Shown here piece by piece: positions 28,979 through 39,169 of a stretch of DNA of 64,000 bases. The number at the start of each line of letters is the position of its first letter. Positions within the stretch are counted from its first letter, which is position 1. The DNA is from Bacillota bacterium (GTDB taxonomy: Bacteria > Bacillota > Sulfobacillia > SLMV01): assembly GCA_046483165.1 (NCBI GenBank), contig JAWODQ010000126.1, positions 3,811 to 67,810 of the forward strand, read 5' to 3'. The position numbers were made by a program, and so were the translations under genes. A model generated the notes under the pieces. It was not told where the DNA came from. It was given only the letters and a program-made list of their open reading frames with translations, and did no database searches.

Positions 28979-29637
28979 CGGCCAGAGAGATGGAAGAAAG
29001 AAGGTATCCCGAATATCCCGAAAGGCGCCGGCGCCGGCGTCCCGAGCGGAATTCCAGGCCTCGGGGCCCAAAAATGGATCCCAGAGCTCGCCGCGCAAAG
29101 GCGAAGAGTAGATCCAAAAAGAGCAAAAATCGCCCCACAGATATAACGGCATTCCTACGCACATTTCAGACGGTCGGATCGATCCTGTTGATTTTCGCCA
29201 TGGCCTGCGGTGTGGTGGCCTGTCGTGCCGCCATCGCCGATCGGGGTTACGAATTGGTGCAGCTTCGGGCCGAGCTCGAGGAGACTCGCGCTCGCACCGA
29301 TACGCTCGAATCCCGGGTCGCTTCCCTCCAACATCCCGAGAGGATTGCAGAGGCGGCCAACGAGATGGGGATGATACCGGTTTCTTCGGCATCGATTCCC
29401 ACCGAAATTCAGAGTTCACCGGCAATCGTCGCCTCCACTTCTTCTTCCGTCGACGAAAACCCCGTCGATCTCGACAACTCGAGGAGGTCACCTTCCCCAT
29501 CGGACTCCTCTTCGCGTATAGTATTGAGGTTAGAGGATCCGGGAGATTCCACGGTTCAGATGGCTGACTTGCGAGGCCTGGGCGATTGGATCATACACTG
29601 GCTCAAGGGCCCGGCACCCGTGGAAGCCCACAATTAA
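28969..29637 (+). CDS. ftsL: cell division protein FtsL-like (single TM plus coiled coil; atypically long)
   Basis: TM 'ILLIFAMACGVVACRAAIA' is followed by a coiled coil 'YELVQLRAELEETRARTDTLESRVASLQ'. The gene sits in the canonical position between rsmH and ftsI. It has a basic N-terminus and a Ser-rich C-terminal extension. Confidence 0.6.
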   Translation: MAVTAREMEERRYPEYPERRRRRRPERNSRPRGPKMDPRARRAKAKSRSKKSKNRPTDITAFLRTFQTVGSILLIFAMACGVVACRAAIADRGYELVQLRAELEETRARTDTLESRVASLQHPERIAEAANEMGMIPVSSASIPTEIQSSPAIVASTSSSVDENPVDLDNSRRSPSPSDSSSRIVLRLEDPGDSTVQMADLRGLGDWIIHWLKGPAPVEAHN

Positions 29638-29688
29638 CACCGAGGACGGCAAAGTCCGCCGCGCCTTATCGGGAGGTTCGACCCCGGC

Positions 29689-31830
29689 ATGCGATCCCCC
29701 AGCACCACCCTTCGCAATAGGGTACTTCATCTATTGATCGTGTTCCTTTTGGCCCTGGCCATGCTCGTGGGCAGGCTCGGCTACATCCAGCTCGTCCGCG
29801 GAGACGACCTGGCCGAAGAGGCCGAAGAGTTGCGAGTTCGCGAGATCACGCTGGATCCACGTCGTGGATCCATACGCGACGCGCGGGGCAGGGAATTGGC
29901 GATGAGCGTGGACGTGGATTCGCTGTACGCCGTACCTGCCGAGATCGTCGATTCCCACAGGACAGCCGTCCTCTTATCACCCGTACTGGATATGCCGATC
30001 GAAACCCTTGGGGATAGCCTCACACGGGCGAGCTCTTTCGTGTGGCTTCGTCGCAAACTCCCCGCCGAAGTGGCAGATGCCGTGCGAGAGCTGGACCTTC
30101 GCGGCCTCCATTTCACGCGGGAGAGCGAAAGGTTTTACCCCAAGGGGGAGCTGGCGGCCTCGGTTTTGGGCTTTGCCGGCATCGATAACCAGGGCTTGGA
30201 GGGGGTGGAGATTTCCTTCGATGAGGAGCTCCGAGGCGAGCGAGGTCGCATAAGGGTGGAGTTCGATGCCGACAACCGCCAGGTTCCCAGAGCACTTTAC
30301 ACCCACGAGGTGCCCACTCCCGGAGTAGATCTGCATTTGACGATAGACGAGGTGCTCCAATATGTCGCAGAACGGGAACTCTCCCGCGTAGTAGCGGAGC
30401 AAAGTGCCGAAGGCGGCGTGGTCGTCCTCATGGAGCCCGCTACCGGGCGAATCCTGGCGATGGCTTCACACCCCGGTTTCGACCCGAATCACTGGGAAGA
30501 CGCGGACCCCTCGTTGTGGAGAAACCGGGCGGTTTCGGTCCCCGATCACCCGGGATCCGTCTTCAAACCCATAACCGCGGCTGCCGCCATCGATGCCGGT
30601 CTGATTACCCCGGACAGCGAATTCGAAGACCCCGGCTACGTGAGGGTTCCCGGAGCCACGATCAGAAACTGGGACCTGGGTTCCCTGGGGGATACGGATT
30701 TCCGCACGGGATTCGCCCGTTCCTCCAACGTTGTATTCGCTCAGGTTGCCGATGAATTGGGCATCGAAACCTTTTATGAATACTTGAGGTCTTTCGGCCT
30801 CGACCGAAAGACCGGGATTGCACTGCCCGGTGAGGCGGACTCGATAATGCCGCCCGAGGACGCAGCGAGGCCGGTCGATCTCGCGGTCATGTCTTACGGA
30901 CAGACTCTGGCCGTAACGCCTCTTCAGCTCGCCGGTGCCATGTCCGCCATCGCAAACGGCGGAGAACTCATGCGTCCCCTCATCGTGGATCGGATAGTCG
31001 AAAATGGACGCGAGGAAGTGACGGACCCCCAGGTAGTGCGGCGGGTGATCTCGCCGGATACGGCGGCGACCGTGCGGGAGCTTATGGTCTATACCGTTCG
31101 TGAAGGGACCGGATCCAACGCTCGAATACCGGGTTATGAGGTGGGCGGAAAGACCGGAACCGCCCAAAAGACCGTGGATGGTGCCGTGTCCGAAGAGGAA
31201 TTCATTTCGACCTTCGTCGGTTTCGCCCCCGCGGACAAACCGGCCGTATTATGTTTCGTCTCGGTGGACGGTCCCAAGGAGGATAGGTTCGGCAGTGTCG
31301 TGGCCGCCCCCATCTTTCGAGAAGTGGTCTCCGAAGCTCTTCGACATATGGAAGTCCCGCCGGATTTTCCGGAGGAGTTGCTGCCCGATTCGGAAACCGA
31401 AGAACCGGATATATCGTCCGAAGATGATTCGGAGGAAGACTCCGAGGAAATCTCCGTCCCGGATTTGCGCGGCCTGGATCTAGGGGAAGCCCTCGCAAAG
31501 CTGGAAGAGATGGGCCTGGAAGGTGCGCCCAGCGATGAAGGCGAAAGAGTTGCAGATCAGTTCCCTTCTCCCGAGACTATGCTGGAGTCGGGTAGCCGAG
31601 TCATCCTCTATCCGAAAGTGGTCGAGGAGGAAGTGGACGATTCGAGCGCGGTGACGGTCCCGAACGTCGCTGGCAAGACATTGCGAGAGGGCGCAGAAAT
31701 ACTGGGTGAGGCGGGACTTCGAGTCGAGGTATCGGGTTCGGGCTTAATCCGTCGACAGAATCCCCGGGCCGGGACGAACGTCCCGTCGGGCTCAGTTATT
31801 CGACTGCAGCTGGACTCCGCCGATCGATAG
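29689..31830 (+). CDS. ftsI: penicillin-binding protein (FtsI/PBP2B-like peptidoglycan D,D-transpeptidase with C-terminal PASTA domain)
   Basis: 'SVFKP' (SxxK), 'SSN' and 'KTGT' motifs are present. An N-terminal TM, an acidic linker and a C-terminal PASTA-like 'TVPNVAGKTLREGAEILGEAGL' follow. Confidence 0.85.
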   Translation: MRSPSTTLRNRVLHLLIVFLLALAMLVGRLGYIQLVRGDDLAEEAEELRVREITLDPRRGSIRDARGRELAMSVDVDSLYAVPAEIVDSHRTAVLLSPVLDMPIETLGDSLTRASSFVWLRRKLPAEVADAVRELDLRGLHFTRESERFYPKGELAASVLGFAGIDNQGLEGVEISFDEELRGERGRIRVEFDADNRQVPRALYTHEVPTPGVDLHLTIDEVLQYVAERELSRVVAEQSAEGGVVVLMEPATGRILAMASHPGFDPNHWEDADPSLWRNRAVSVPDHPGSVFKPITAAAAIDAGLITPDSEFEDPGYVRVPGATIRNWDLGSLGDTDFRTGFARSSNVVFAQVADELGIETFYEYLRSFGLDRKTGIALPGEADSIMPPEDAARPVDLAVMSYGQTLAVTPLQLAGAMSAIANGGELMRPLIVDRIVENGREEVTDPQVVRRVISPDTAATVRELMVYTVREGTGSNARIPGYEVGGKTGTAQKTVDGAVSEEEFISTFVGFAPADKPAVLCFVSVDGPKEDRFGSVVAAPIFREVVSEALRHMEVPPDFPEELLPDSETEEPDISSEDDSEEDSEEISVPDLRGLDLGEALAKLEEMGLEGAPSDEGERVADQFPSPETMLESGSRVILYPKVVEEEVDDSSAVTVPNVAGKTLREGAEILGEAGLRVEVSGSGLIRRQNPRAGTNVPSGSVIRLQLDSADR

Positions 31831-31906
31831 ATCGGATAACCCAGGCAACTGACGAAAGGGGGCAGAGGTCCCGGGGGAAACCCATCCCGGGTGCCTCGAG
31901 CGACCG

Positions 31907-33409
31907 GTGAAACTGACGACATTCTTCGAAGTGCTGGACGGAATACCGGAACTGAAACCACAATCCCGCGGTGACTTGCGCGGGGAAATCACCGGTCTGT
32001 CCTACCATTCCGGCTCGGTGAATTCCGGAGATATGTTCGCCTGCCTGGTGGGAATGAACGCGGACGGCCACGATTACGCCGCGGAGGCGGTGGAGCGCGG
32101 AGCGCGGGCACTCCTGGTCGAACGATTTCTCGACTTCCCCCCGGGTATTCTGCAGCTGCGCGTGTCGGATCCCCGCCTCGGCCTGGCCCATATTTCGGAA
32201 CATTTCTTCGGAAATCCTACCCGAGATCTCACGCTCATCGGAGTTACCGGGACCAGCGGTAAGACTACTACCTCCAGCCTAATACGCCACATCCTCGAGG
32301 GCGCCGGGATTCCCACCGGCTACGTTGGAACCCTCGGTACGGTGATAGGCGGAAAGGAATTACCCGGTAGTCTGACCACTCCGGAGGCGCCGGATTTGTG
32401 CCGGGCGTTCGCCGCCATGCGCGATTCGAGGGACAGGGCTGCGGTCATGGAGGTTAGCTCGCATTCTCTGGTATTCGAGCGGGTGGCCGCGTGCGACTTC
32501 GACATCGCCCTATTCACCAATCTCGCCCCGGAACACCTGGACTTTCACGATGACCTCGAGGATTACGCTCGGGCTAAAGCGATCCTGTTTTCCTATCTTG
32601 GAAACGCAGCGGGAGTCACCACGACTCCGTACGGCGTCGTAAACGCGGACGATCCCATGTCACAGGTCATGCGCGAGGCCTGCCCCGTCGACGTACTCGA
32701 GTTCGGTCTCGAGGGGGGAGATATCCTCGCCCGCGACATCGACCTTTCCCTCGAGGGCTCTCGATTCCAGTTGCAGTATCCCGACGGAAGCCGGGTCCCC
32801 GTATCCCTAAAACTTCCCGCAAGATACAACGTGTACAACGCCACCGCCGCCGCCGCCGCCGCGTACTGCCTCGGTATCAGTGGAGATCTCGCGGCCTCGA
32901 CATTGGCCTCGGCGACGCCGGTATCGGGGAGATTCGAGGTTATCTCCGGTGTCGAGGGAGATCCCATGGTCGTGGTCGATTTTGCTCACACGCCGGACGA
33001 ACTGGAGAATCTCCTGACGGCGGTGGCCGAGCTAACCGCCGGGCGCATAATAGTGGTATTCGGATGCGGGGGGGATCGCGACCGCAGTAAGAGACCGATA
33101 ATGGGACGGATGGCGGCGGAGCTCGGAGATTACGCTATCGTATCTTCCGACAATCCGCGCAGCGAAGATCCCGAGTGCATCGCGCGAGAGGTGGCCGAAG
33201 GCATTCCCGCAGGAGCAGCCTACGAAATCATCGTCGACCGGGGAAGCGCCATCGAACGCGCGATAGATATCGCCACCTCGCGAGATGTCGTCGTGATCGC
33301 CGGTAAAGGACACGAAACCTATCAAATATTTGAAGACCGGACCGTGGACTTCGATGACCGGGAGGTCGCGCGATCGGCATTGAAAGGCAAGAGGGAGGGT
33401 CGACATTGA
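31907..33409 (+). CDS. murE: UDP-N-acetylmuramoyl-L-alanyl-D-glutamate--2,6-diaminopimelate ligase MurE
   Basis: 'GVTGTSGKTTT' P-loop and the 'DNPR' motif (meso-DAP specificity) are present. Confidence 0.9.
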   Translation: MKLTTFFEVLDGIPELKPQSRGDLRGEITGLSYHSGSVNSGDMFACLVGMNADGHDYAAEAVERGARALLVERFLDFPPGILQLRVSDPRLGLAHISEHFFGNPTRDLTLIGVTGTSGKTTTSSLIRHILEGAGIPTGYVGTLGTVIGGKELPGSLTTPEAPDLCRAFAAMRDSRDRAAVMEVSSHSLVFERVAACDFDIALFTNLAPEHLDFHDDLEDYARAKAILFSYLGNAAGVTTTPYGVVNADDPMSQVMREACPVDVLEFGLEGGDILARDIDLSLEGSRFQLQYPDGSRVPVSLKLPARYNVYNATAAAAAAYCLGISGDLAASTLASATPVSGRFEVISGVEGDPMVVVDFAHTPDELENLLTAVAELTAGRIIVVFGCGGDRDRSKRPIMGRMAAELGDYAIVSSDNPRSEDPECIAREVAEGIPAGAAYEIIVDRGSAIERAIDIATSRDVVVIAGKGHETYQIFEDRTVDFDDREVARSALKGKREGRH

Positions 33410-34872
33410 CGAGAGCTCTCCGCAGCGTGCCGAACGGTGACGACATTCTCTTCACTGCGGACCAGCTGGCCGCCGCGCTGGGCTCGTCCGTCGAGGGAGG
33501 AGAGGGGAATCGCATCGAGATTACCGGCGTTTCGGTGGACAGTCGCGCCACGGAACCGGGGGACGCCTTTTTTGCATTAGCCGGCGAAACTACCGACGGT
33601 CACGATTTCCTGGCCCGGGCCGAAGAGGCCGGGGCCGTCGTGGCCTTGGTACGTTCCGATTTTGCCGCGGGAAATCATCCGTCCCTTCCGCTCATCCCGG
33701 TAGGCGACACATTGATCGCCCTCGGCGAGGCGGCATCCTGGCATCGCAGCCGTTTCGATGTCGCGTGCGTCGCAATCACGGGGAGCGTGGGGAAGACGAC
33801 CACCAAGGATATGGTTTCCGCCGTATTGGCGGAACGCGGGGAAATACTTCGGAATCCCGGGAATTTCAACACCGAGATCGGCACCCCCCTGACCCTTTTG
33901 AGCCTGGGATCGCGACACGCGGGGCTGGTGCAGGAAATCGGTATGCGAAAACCCGGAGACGTGAGATATCTCGCCGAAATGATAAGACCCGACGTCGGGA
34001 TTTTGACGAACGTACGCGAATCCCATTTAGAATTCTTCGGTACGGTGGAACACCTGGCCCAATCCAAGGCAGAACTGTTCCAAAACCTTCCGTCCTCGGG
34101 CTGGGCTATAGTCAACGGAGATGACGATTTCGCGCAATACATGCTGGATGCCGGATGCGCTCGCGCGATACTTTACTACCCGTCCGGTGTACGGAAAGAT
34201 TGCGCAACTTTCCAGGTCTGGGCCGAAGACGTATGCCTTGACGATCGAGCCCGCGCTCAATTCACTCTCCATCGCTCCGACGGTGTGAAATTGCCCATCC
34301 GGCTGGAAATCGCCGGAGAGCATCACGTGGCCAACGCCCTGGCGGCCGCGGCCGCCGGCACCGCAATTGGCATATCACCCGAAGGCATCGCGCGGGGGTT
34401 GAGGGGATTCGAACCTACCGAGATGCGTTCTGAATGGATCCGGTGTGGTGGGTTTACGATATTGAACGATGCATACAACTCCAGTCCCACATCCTGTAAG
34501 GCCGCATTGGATATGCTGTCGTCCATCGCTACCGAGGGAAGACGCGTGGCCGTCCTGGGACCGATGCTGGAGTTGGGTCCAGTAGAGGAATCCGGCCATC
34601 GCGATGTCGGTCGTGCGGTGGCCGTCTCCGCGACCGACCTTCTTTTCACCGCTCTGTCCCCGGCCGACCTCATCGGCTCCGCGGCGCTCGAATGCGGCTT
34701 TCCCGCGGGTGCCTACCGCCACTTCGACCAAATGGACGAGTTATGTAGGGCTCTATCGGCCTCGGTTCGGGACGGCGATGTGATCCTGATCAAGGCGTCA
34801 CGGTCGTGCAGATTCGAACGTTGTGTCGACGCAATTCTCTCCGGGATGCGACGGGAAGGCGGTGAGGTATGA
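33406..34872 (+). CDS. murF: UDP-N-acetylmuramoyl-tripeptide--D-alanyl-D-alanine ligase MurF
   Basis: 'ITGSVGKTTTKDM' and the Mur ligase middle and C-terminal domains are present. TTGA overlap with murE, with SD 'AAGAGGGAGGG'. Confidence 0.9.
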   Translation: MTRALRSVPNGDDILFTADQLAAALGSSVEGGEGNRIEITGVSVDSRATEPGDAFFALAGETTDGHDFLARAEEAGAVVALVRSDFAAGNHPSLPLIPVGDTLIALGEAASWHRSRFDVACVAITGSVGKTTTKDMVSAVLAERGEILRNPGNFNTEIGTPLTLLSLGSRHAGLVQEIGMRKPGDVRYLAEMIRPDVGILTNVRESHLEFFGTVEHLAQSKAELFQNLPSSGWAIVNGDDDFAQYMLDAGCARAILYYPSGVRKDCATFQVWAEDVCLDDRARAQFTLHRSDGVKLPIRLEIAGEHHVANALAAAAAGTAIGISPEGIARGLRGFEPTEMRSEWIRCGGFTILNDAYNSSPTSCKAALDMLSSIATEGRRVAVLGPMLELGPVEESGHRDVGRAVAVSATDLLFTALSPADLIGSAALECGFPAGAYRHFDQMDELCRALSASVRDGDVILIKASRSCRFERCVDAILSGMRREGGEV

Positions 34873-35870
34873 ATCAATCTCCCCTGGCCCTGTGGGGAGG
34901 CGTGTGGGCTTTCCCACTCGGGTTCGCGCTGGCCGCCTTCGGTACTGTCCTCGTCGTCGGTCGCATCATTCCAGTGCTTCAGAAGATGCAGCTTGGGCAA
35001 AGAGTTCGAGATGACGGCCCGGAGAGGCACCTGACCAAGACGGGCACTCCCACCATGGGCGGATCGGGCATGGTCGTCGTACTGGCGGTGATGGCTCTCA
35101 TTTTTATTCGTGACAATCCGGCCGTCGTGGCCGGCACCATCTTCACGCTAGTCCTGGGTCTGCTCGGTTTTTGCGACGATTACCTCAAGGCATCCAACAA
35201 CCGCCCCCTCGGGCTTAAGGGGAGGGTGAAGCTCCTCGTGGAACTCGGGTTTGGGGTGGTGCTGGCCGCGTACCTGGCCTACGGCCTCGGTCGAGGTACG
35301 GAAATCGTGGGTCCGCGGGGATGGTTCGTATGGGATCTGGGCTCTCTTTATCCCGTCTTCGGCGCCCTGGTCGTGACCGGTACCGCCAATGCCGTCAATC
35401 TCACCGATGGACTCGACGGGCTGGTGACCGGAGCGGTGGCGCTCGCCACCCCGGTCTTTATCCTCGCGGCGATGGCGAAGGGCTATACCGAGGTCGCCCT
35501 GTGGGGAGTCTTACTGCTGGGGGTAGGGGTGGGGTTTCTGTGGCACAATTTTCACCCCGCCCGCATATTCATGGGCGATACCGGATCGTTGGCTCTCGGT
35601 GGGGCGCTGGCCTTTTTGGCCATGTACACCCAGACGGAATTGATCCTCGTCCTCGCCGGCGGGCTGTTCGTAATTGAAACGCTCTCCGTAATCGCCCAGG
35701 TTATCTATTTCCATCGTACCGGCGGGCGCCGATTGCTCAAGATGGCTCCGCTTCATCATCACCTGGAGCTTTCGGGCATGAGTGAGACGACCACGGTCCT
35801 GGTACTTTGGGGCGTGGGAGGCCTATGCTCGCTGCTCGGCGTCTGGGCTTTGGGAGGGATTTCCCTTTGA
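34869..35870 (+). CDS. mraY: phospho-N-acetylmuramoyl-pentapeptide-transferase MraY
   Basis: 'NAVNLTDGLDGL' and the polytopic membrane topology are present. ATGA overlap with murF. Confidence 0.95.
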   Translation: MNQSPLALWGGVWAFPLGFALAAFGTVLVVGRIIPVLQKMQLGQRVRDDGPERHLTKTGTPTMGGSGMVVVLAVMALIFIRDNPAVVAGTIFTLVLGLLGFCDDYLKASNNRPLGLKGRVKLLVELGFGVVLAAYLAYGLGRGTEIVGPRGWFVWDLGSLYPVFGALVVTGTANAVNLTDGLDGLVTGAVALATPVFILAAMAKGYTEVALWGVLLLGVGVGFLWHNFHPARIFMGDTGSLALGGALAFLAMYTQTELILVLAGGLFVIETLSVIAQVIYFHRTGGRRLLKMAPLHHHLELSGMSETTTVLVLWGVGGLCSLLGVWALGGISL

Positions 35871-37000
35871 ATCGCCGGCGCGCAAAATCGGACAATCGTT
35901 CCCGGGGGACGATGGATCCCATTCTGTTTGCGACGGTCCTCGCGCTGGTCGCCTTCGGGCTCGTGATGGTCTTCAGCTCGAGCAGTTACTCGGCCCTGGT
36001 TCGTTTCGAAGACAGCATGCATTACTTTCGTCGCCAGGCCCTGTGGGCACTGTTCGGCCTCGCTACGATGCTGGTCGCACAGATGGTAGATTACCGCCTC
36101 TACAGGCGCCACGCTCGGGTGATACTCTTCGTGGGCATGTTTCTTTTGGCATTGAGTCTCGTACCGGGAGTGGGAACGTTGGCCCGCGGTTCGCGCCGCG
36201 CTATACTCCTGGGGCCGTTGTCGCTATCACCGGCGGAAGTGGTTAAGATTTGTCTGGTAGTCTATTTGGCACACGGCATGTGTCGTGCGCCGGCAAAGAT
36301 GCATTCCTTTTGGGCCGGAGTATGGCCGGCACTCATGACGGTCGGGGCGGCCGTAGCCATGATATTGCTGCAACCGGATCTGGGGACGGCGATCGCCGTG
36401 GCCGGTACCGCCTTTTTTCTCCTCTACGCCGCCGGTGCCCGGGTGATACACTTGATTCCAGTGGCACTACTCGGTGCCCCGGCGGTCTGGTACCTGATAA
36501 CCTCGGAATCGTACCGGATGCGGCGATTCCTGGCATTTTTGAATCCGTGGGCGGACCCGATGGGTTACGGCTTCCACATAATCCAAAGCCTTTACGCTCT
36601 GGGAGCCGGTCGATTGCTGGGCCTGGGCCTGGGAGCGAGCCATCAGAAGTTTCTGTATCTGCCCGAGCAGCACACGGATTTCATCTTCGCCATCGTCGGA
36701 GAAGAACTGGGGTTTTTAGGTAGTCTCGTGCTCGTGGCGCTTTTCGGCGTGTTTTTGTGGCGCGGACTGACGACGGCGGCTCGGGCACCGGACGCCTTCG
36801 CTAGCCTGTTGTCTACGGGAATCACGATAATGATCGTGTTCCAGGCGTTCATCAATATCGGCGTCGTAACCTCCATCTTGCCGGTAACGGGAATACCGCT
36901 GCCATTTATAAGCTACGGGGGATCTTCTTTGATGGTAACCATGATGAGTGCCGGGATACTGCTAAACATATCGAAGTATTCTGGCGCACGAGAGGTTTGA
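35867..37000 (+). CDS. ftsW: peptidoglycan glycosyltransferase FtsW (SEDS family)
   Basis: SEDS motifs 'LQPDLGTA' and 'GIPLPFISYGGSS' are present. Start TTG 35867 overlaps the mraY stop and follows GGGAGGGA. An alternative start is ATG 35912. Confidence 0.85.
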   Translation: MNRRRAKSDNRSRGTMDPILFATVLALVAFGLVMVFSSSSYSALVRFEDSMHYFRRQALWALFGLATMLVAQMVDYRLYRRHARVILFVGMFLLALSLVPGVGTLARGSRRAILLGPLSLSPAEVVKICLVVYLAHGMCRAPAKMHSFWAGVWPALMTVGAAVAMILLQPDLGTAIAVAGTAFFLLYAAGARVIHLIPVALLGAPAVWYLITSESYRMRRFLAFLNPWADPMGYGFHIIQSLYALGAGRLLGLGLGASHQKFLYLPEQHTDFIFAIVGEELGFLGSLVLVALFGVFLWRGLTTAARAPDAFASLLSTGITIMIVFQAFINIGVVTSILPVTGIPLPFISYGGSSLMVTMMSAGILLNISKYSGAREV

Positions 37001-37006
37001 TTCAGA

Positions 37007-38170
37007 TTGCACGAAGGTAGTAGGACGCATGAGCACAATTTCGACGATTCGCGACTCGTGGTGACGGGAGGCGGCACCGGTGGACACGTCTATCCGGCGC
37101 TGGCGCTGGCGACCGAGTTTCGGCGGCGCCATCCGCATGCGGGTATCCTCTACGTCGGTTCGCGGCGTGGACTGGAAACGCGGGTGGTACCGAGAACGGG
37201 TCTCGAGTTCGCGGCGCTGTCCGTCGGAGGAGTAGTGGGCAAGACGGTACCCGTCAAGGTGTACGGGACATTGAGCACGGCCTATTCCGTACTCCGCTCC
37301 CTGGGGATCCTTCGCCGCTTCCGTCCCGATGTAGTGCTTGGTACGGGCGGCTACGTTTCGGTTCCCGTGGTGATGGCGGCGCAACTTTTGGGAATTCCCA
37401 CGCTTCTGCAGGAACAAAACGTGGTTCCCGGGATGGCAAACCGTTTCTTGGCGCGCAAGGCGAATCATCTGTTTCTTCCATCGGAAGATGCCCTAAAGAG
37501 CCTTCCTATGGGAGTCCAGCAGCGCGCCATGGTGGCTGGTAATCCCGTGAGAAAGGAATTCTCGCTGGTCGAACGAGATTTGGCGCGACGCGAATACGGG
37601 ATCGGCGATTCCGATATACTGCTCGTCATAATGAGCGGGAGCGGAGGGGCCGCCACGATCAACAATGTCACCGCTCGATGGATCTCCGGTCTCAAAAACC
37701 CTCCTTCCGGTCTACGCGTCCTCTTTGGTACCGGCAAACGCTATTACCGAGATGTCATAGAAGAAATCGGTCAAATACCCGAATGGGCGGCCGTAGTGGA
37801 ATACATCGATGATGCGCCGGGCGCACTCGCGGCGGCCGATATGCTCCTGTGTCGCGCGGGTGCCATGACTCTCGCAGAAGCCACAGTGATGGGGGTACCC
37901 ATGATAATCGTGCCCTCCCCGAACGTGGCCCACGAGCACCAGACGGCCAACGCGAAAGCCCTCGAGAGAGCCGGCGCGGCGATCGCCGTGGAGGACGAAG
38001 ACTTCGACGTCGCGACTCTCGACGAATCGATCCGCGCCTTGCTCGCCGACTCCCCGCGTCTGCGGCGTATGGCGGAGGCAAGTCGGGAATACGGCGACCC
38101 CGAAGCCCTGGATCGCATGGTGAACACGATCGAACAGATAATCGCTCGAACGAAAGGTGAACCCCGTTGA
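37007..38170 (+). CDS. murG: UDP-N-acetylglucosamine--N-acetylmuramyl-(pentapeptide) pyrophosphoryl-undecaprenol N-acetylglucosamine transferase MurG
   Basis: 'VVTGGGTGGHVYPALALA' is the MurG glycine-rich loop. Confidence 0.9.
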   Translation: MHEGSRTHEHNFDDSRLVVTGGGTGGHVYPALALATEFRRRHPHAGILYVGSRRGLETRVVPRTGLEFAALSVGGVVGKTVPVKVYGTLSTAYSVLRSLGILRRFRPDVVLGTGGYVSVPVVMAAQLLGIPTLLQEQNVVPGMANRFLARKANHLFLPSEDALKSLPMGVQQRAMVAGNPVRKEFSLVERDLARREYGIGDSDILLVIMSGSGGAATINNVTARWISGLKNPPSGLRVLFGTGKRYYRDVIEEIGQIPEWAAVVEYIDDAPGALAAADMLLCRAGAMTLAEATVMGVPMIIVPSPNVAHEHQTANAKALERAGAAIAVEDEDFDVATLDESIRALLADSPRLRRMAEASREYGDPEALDRMVNTIEQIIARTKGEPR

Positions 38171-39111
38171 ACTCGGACGCCCTGGTGCGAGATCTCAAAA
38201 GAATGGTTGACGGCCCAATCCTGCGGGAAGAATCGCTGGCTTCCCACACCACCTTTCGTGTGGGTGGGCCGGCTCAGATCATGCTTCGTCCCCGGGATGG
38301 TGACGAGGCAGAAAGGGTTATGGGATGGGCCGCGGAACGCGATATACGACTCCTTTGCCTGGGGAAAGGCAGCAATCTATTGGTCGACGATCGGGGCGTG
38401 CGCGGTCTGGTCCTGGCCACATCCCCCGCTTTGGACGAAATCCGGTGCGATGGCGAACCGGGAGCGACGGTATCGATACGGGTCGGCGCCGGCACGCCCA
38501 TGGCGAAACTCGGAGGTTTTTGTGTGCGCGAGGGCCTGAGCGGTTTGGAGCCGCTGGCCGGGATACCCGGAAGCGTCGGCGGTGCGGTGGCCATGAACGC
38601 GGGGGTCAATAACTATTCCGTGGGGAATCTGGTTCGCAGCGTCCGCGCCTTCGATCCCGCTCGTCGCCTCACCCGCGAGATAGCGGTAAAAGACTGCGGC
38701 TTCACCTACCGGCGCTCGATCTTCCTCCGGGCCGGCGGTCCCTTCATTCTCTCGGCGCGTATGGAGTTCGGTCGAGGAGATCGGTGTAAAATATCCGAGG
38801 CCATGCGCGAGAGACTCGAGTATCGGCGTCGCAGACACCCCTGGAGAGAACGTAGCGCCGGGAGCATCTTTCGTAATCCCGCGGGCACGCACGCGGGAAA
38901 ACTCATAGAGGCCGCGGGCCTCAAGGGGCGACGGATCGGTGGAGCAATGGTGTCCCGGGTTCACGCGAATTTCATAGTTAACGTCGGGGGAGCCACCTCC
39001 TCGGATATAAGGCGTTTGATAGAGGAAATTCGTGATGCGGTACTGACTCGCTTCGGGACGGAACTGGAACTGGAACTCAGGATCTGGAGTCCGGAGGATG
39101 AGGCGGGTTAG
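38167..39111 (+). CDS. murB: UDP-N-acetylenolpyruvoylglucosamine reductase MurB
   Basis: An FAD-binding region 'TTFRVGGPAQ...GKGSNLL' and a C-terminal MurB domain are present. The start overlaps the murG stop. Confidence 0.9.
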   Translation: MNSDALVRDLKRMVDGPILREESLASHTTFRVGGPAQIMLRPRDGDEAERVMGWAAERDIRLLCLGKGSNLLVDDRGVRGLVLATSPALDEIRCDGEPGATVSIRVGAGTPMAKLGGFCVREGLSGLEPLAGIPGSVGGAVAMNAGVNNYSVGNLVRSVRAFDPARRLTREIAVKDCGFTYRRSIFLRAGGPFILSARMEFGRGDRCKISEAMRERLEYRRRRHPWRERSAGSIFRNPAGTHAGKLIEAAGLKGRRIGGAMVSRVHANFIVNVGGATSSDIRRLIEEIRDAVLTRFGTELELELRIWSPEDEAG

Positions 39112-39169
39112 CTACCGGAAGGTCTAGGGGATCGGTTTCGACGGGATTATTCGACACGGACGGGGGCTA

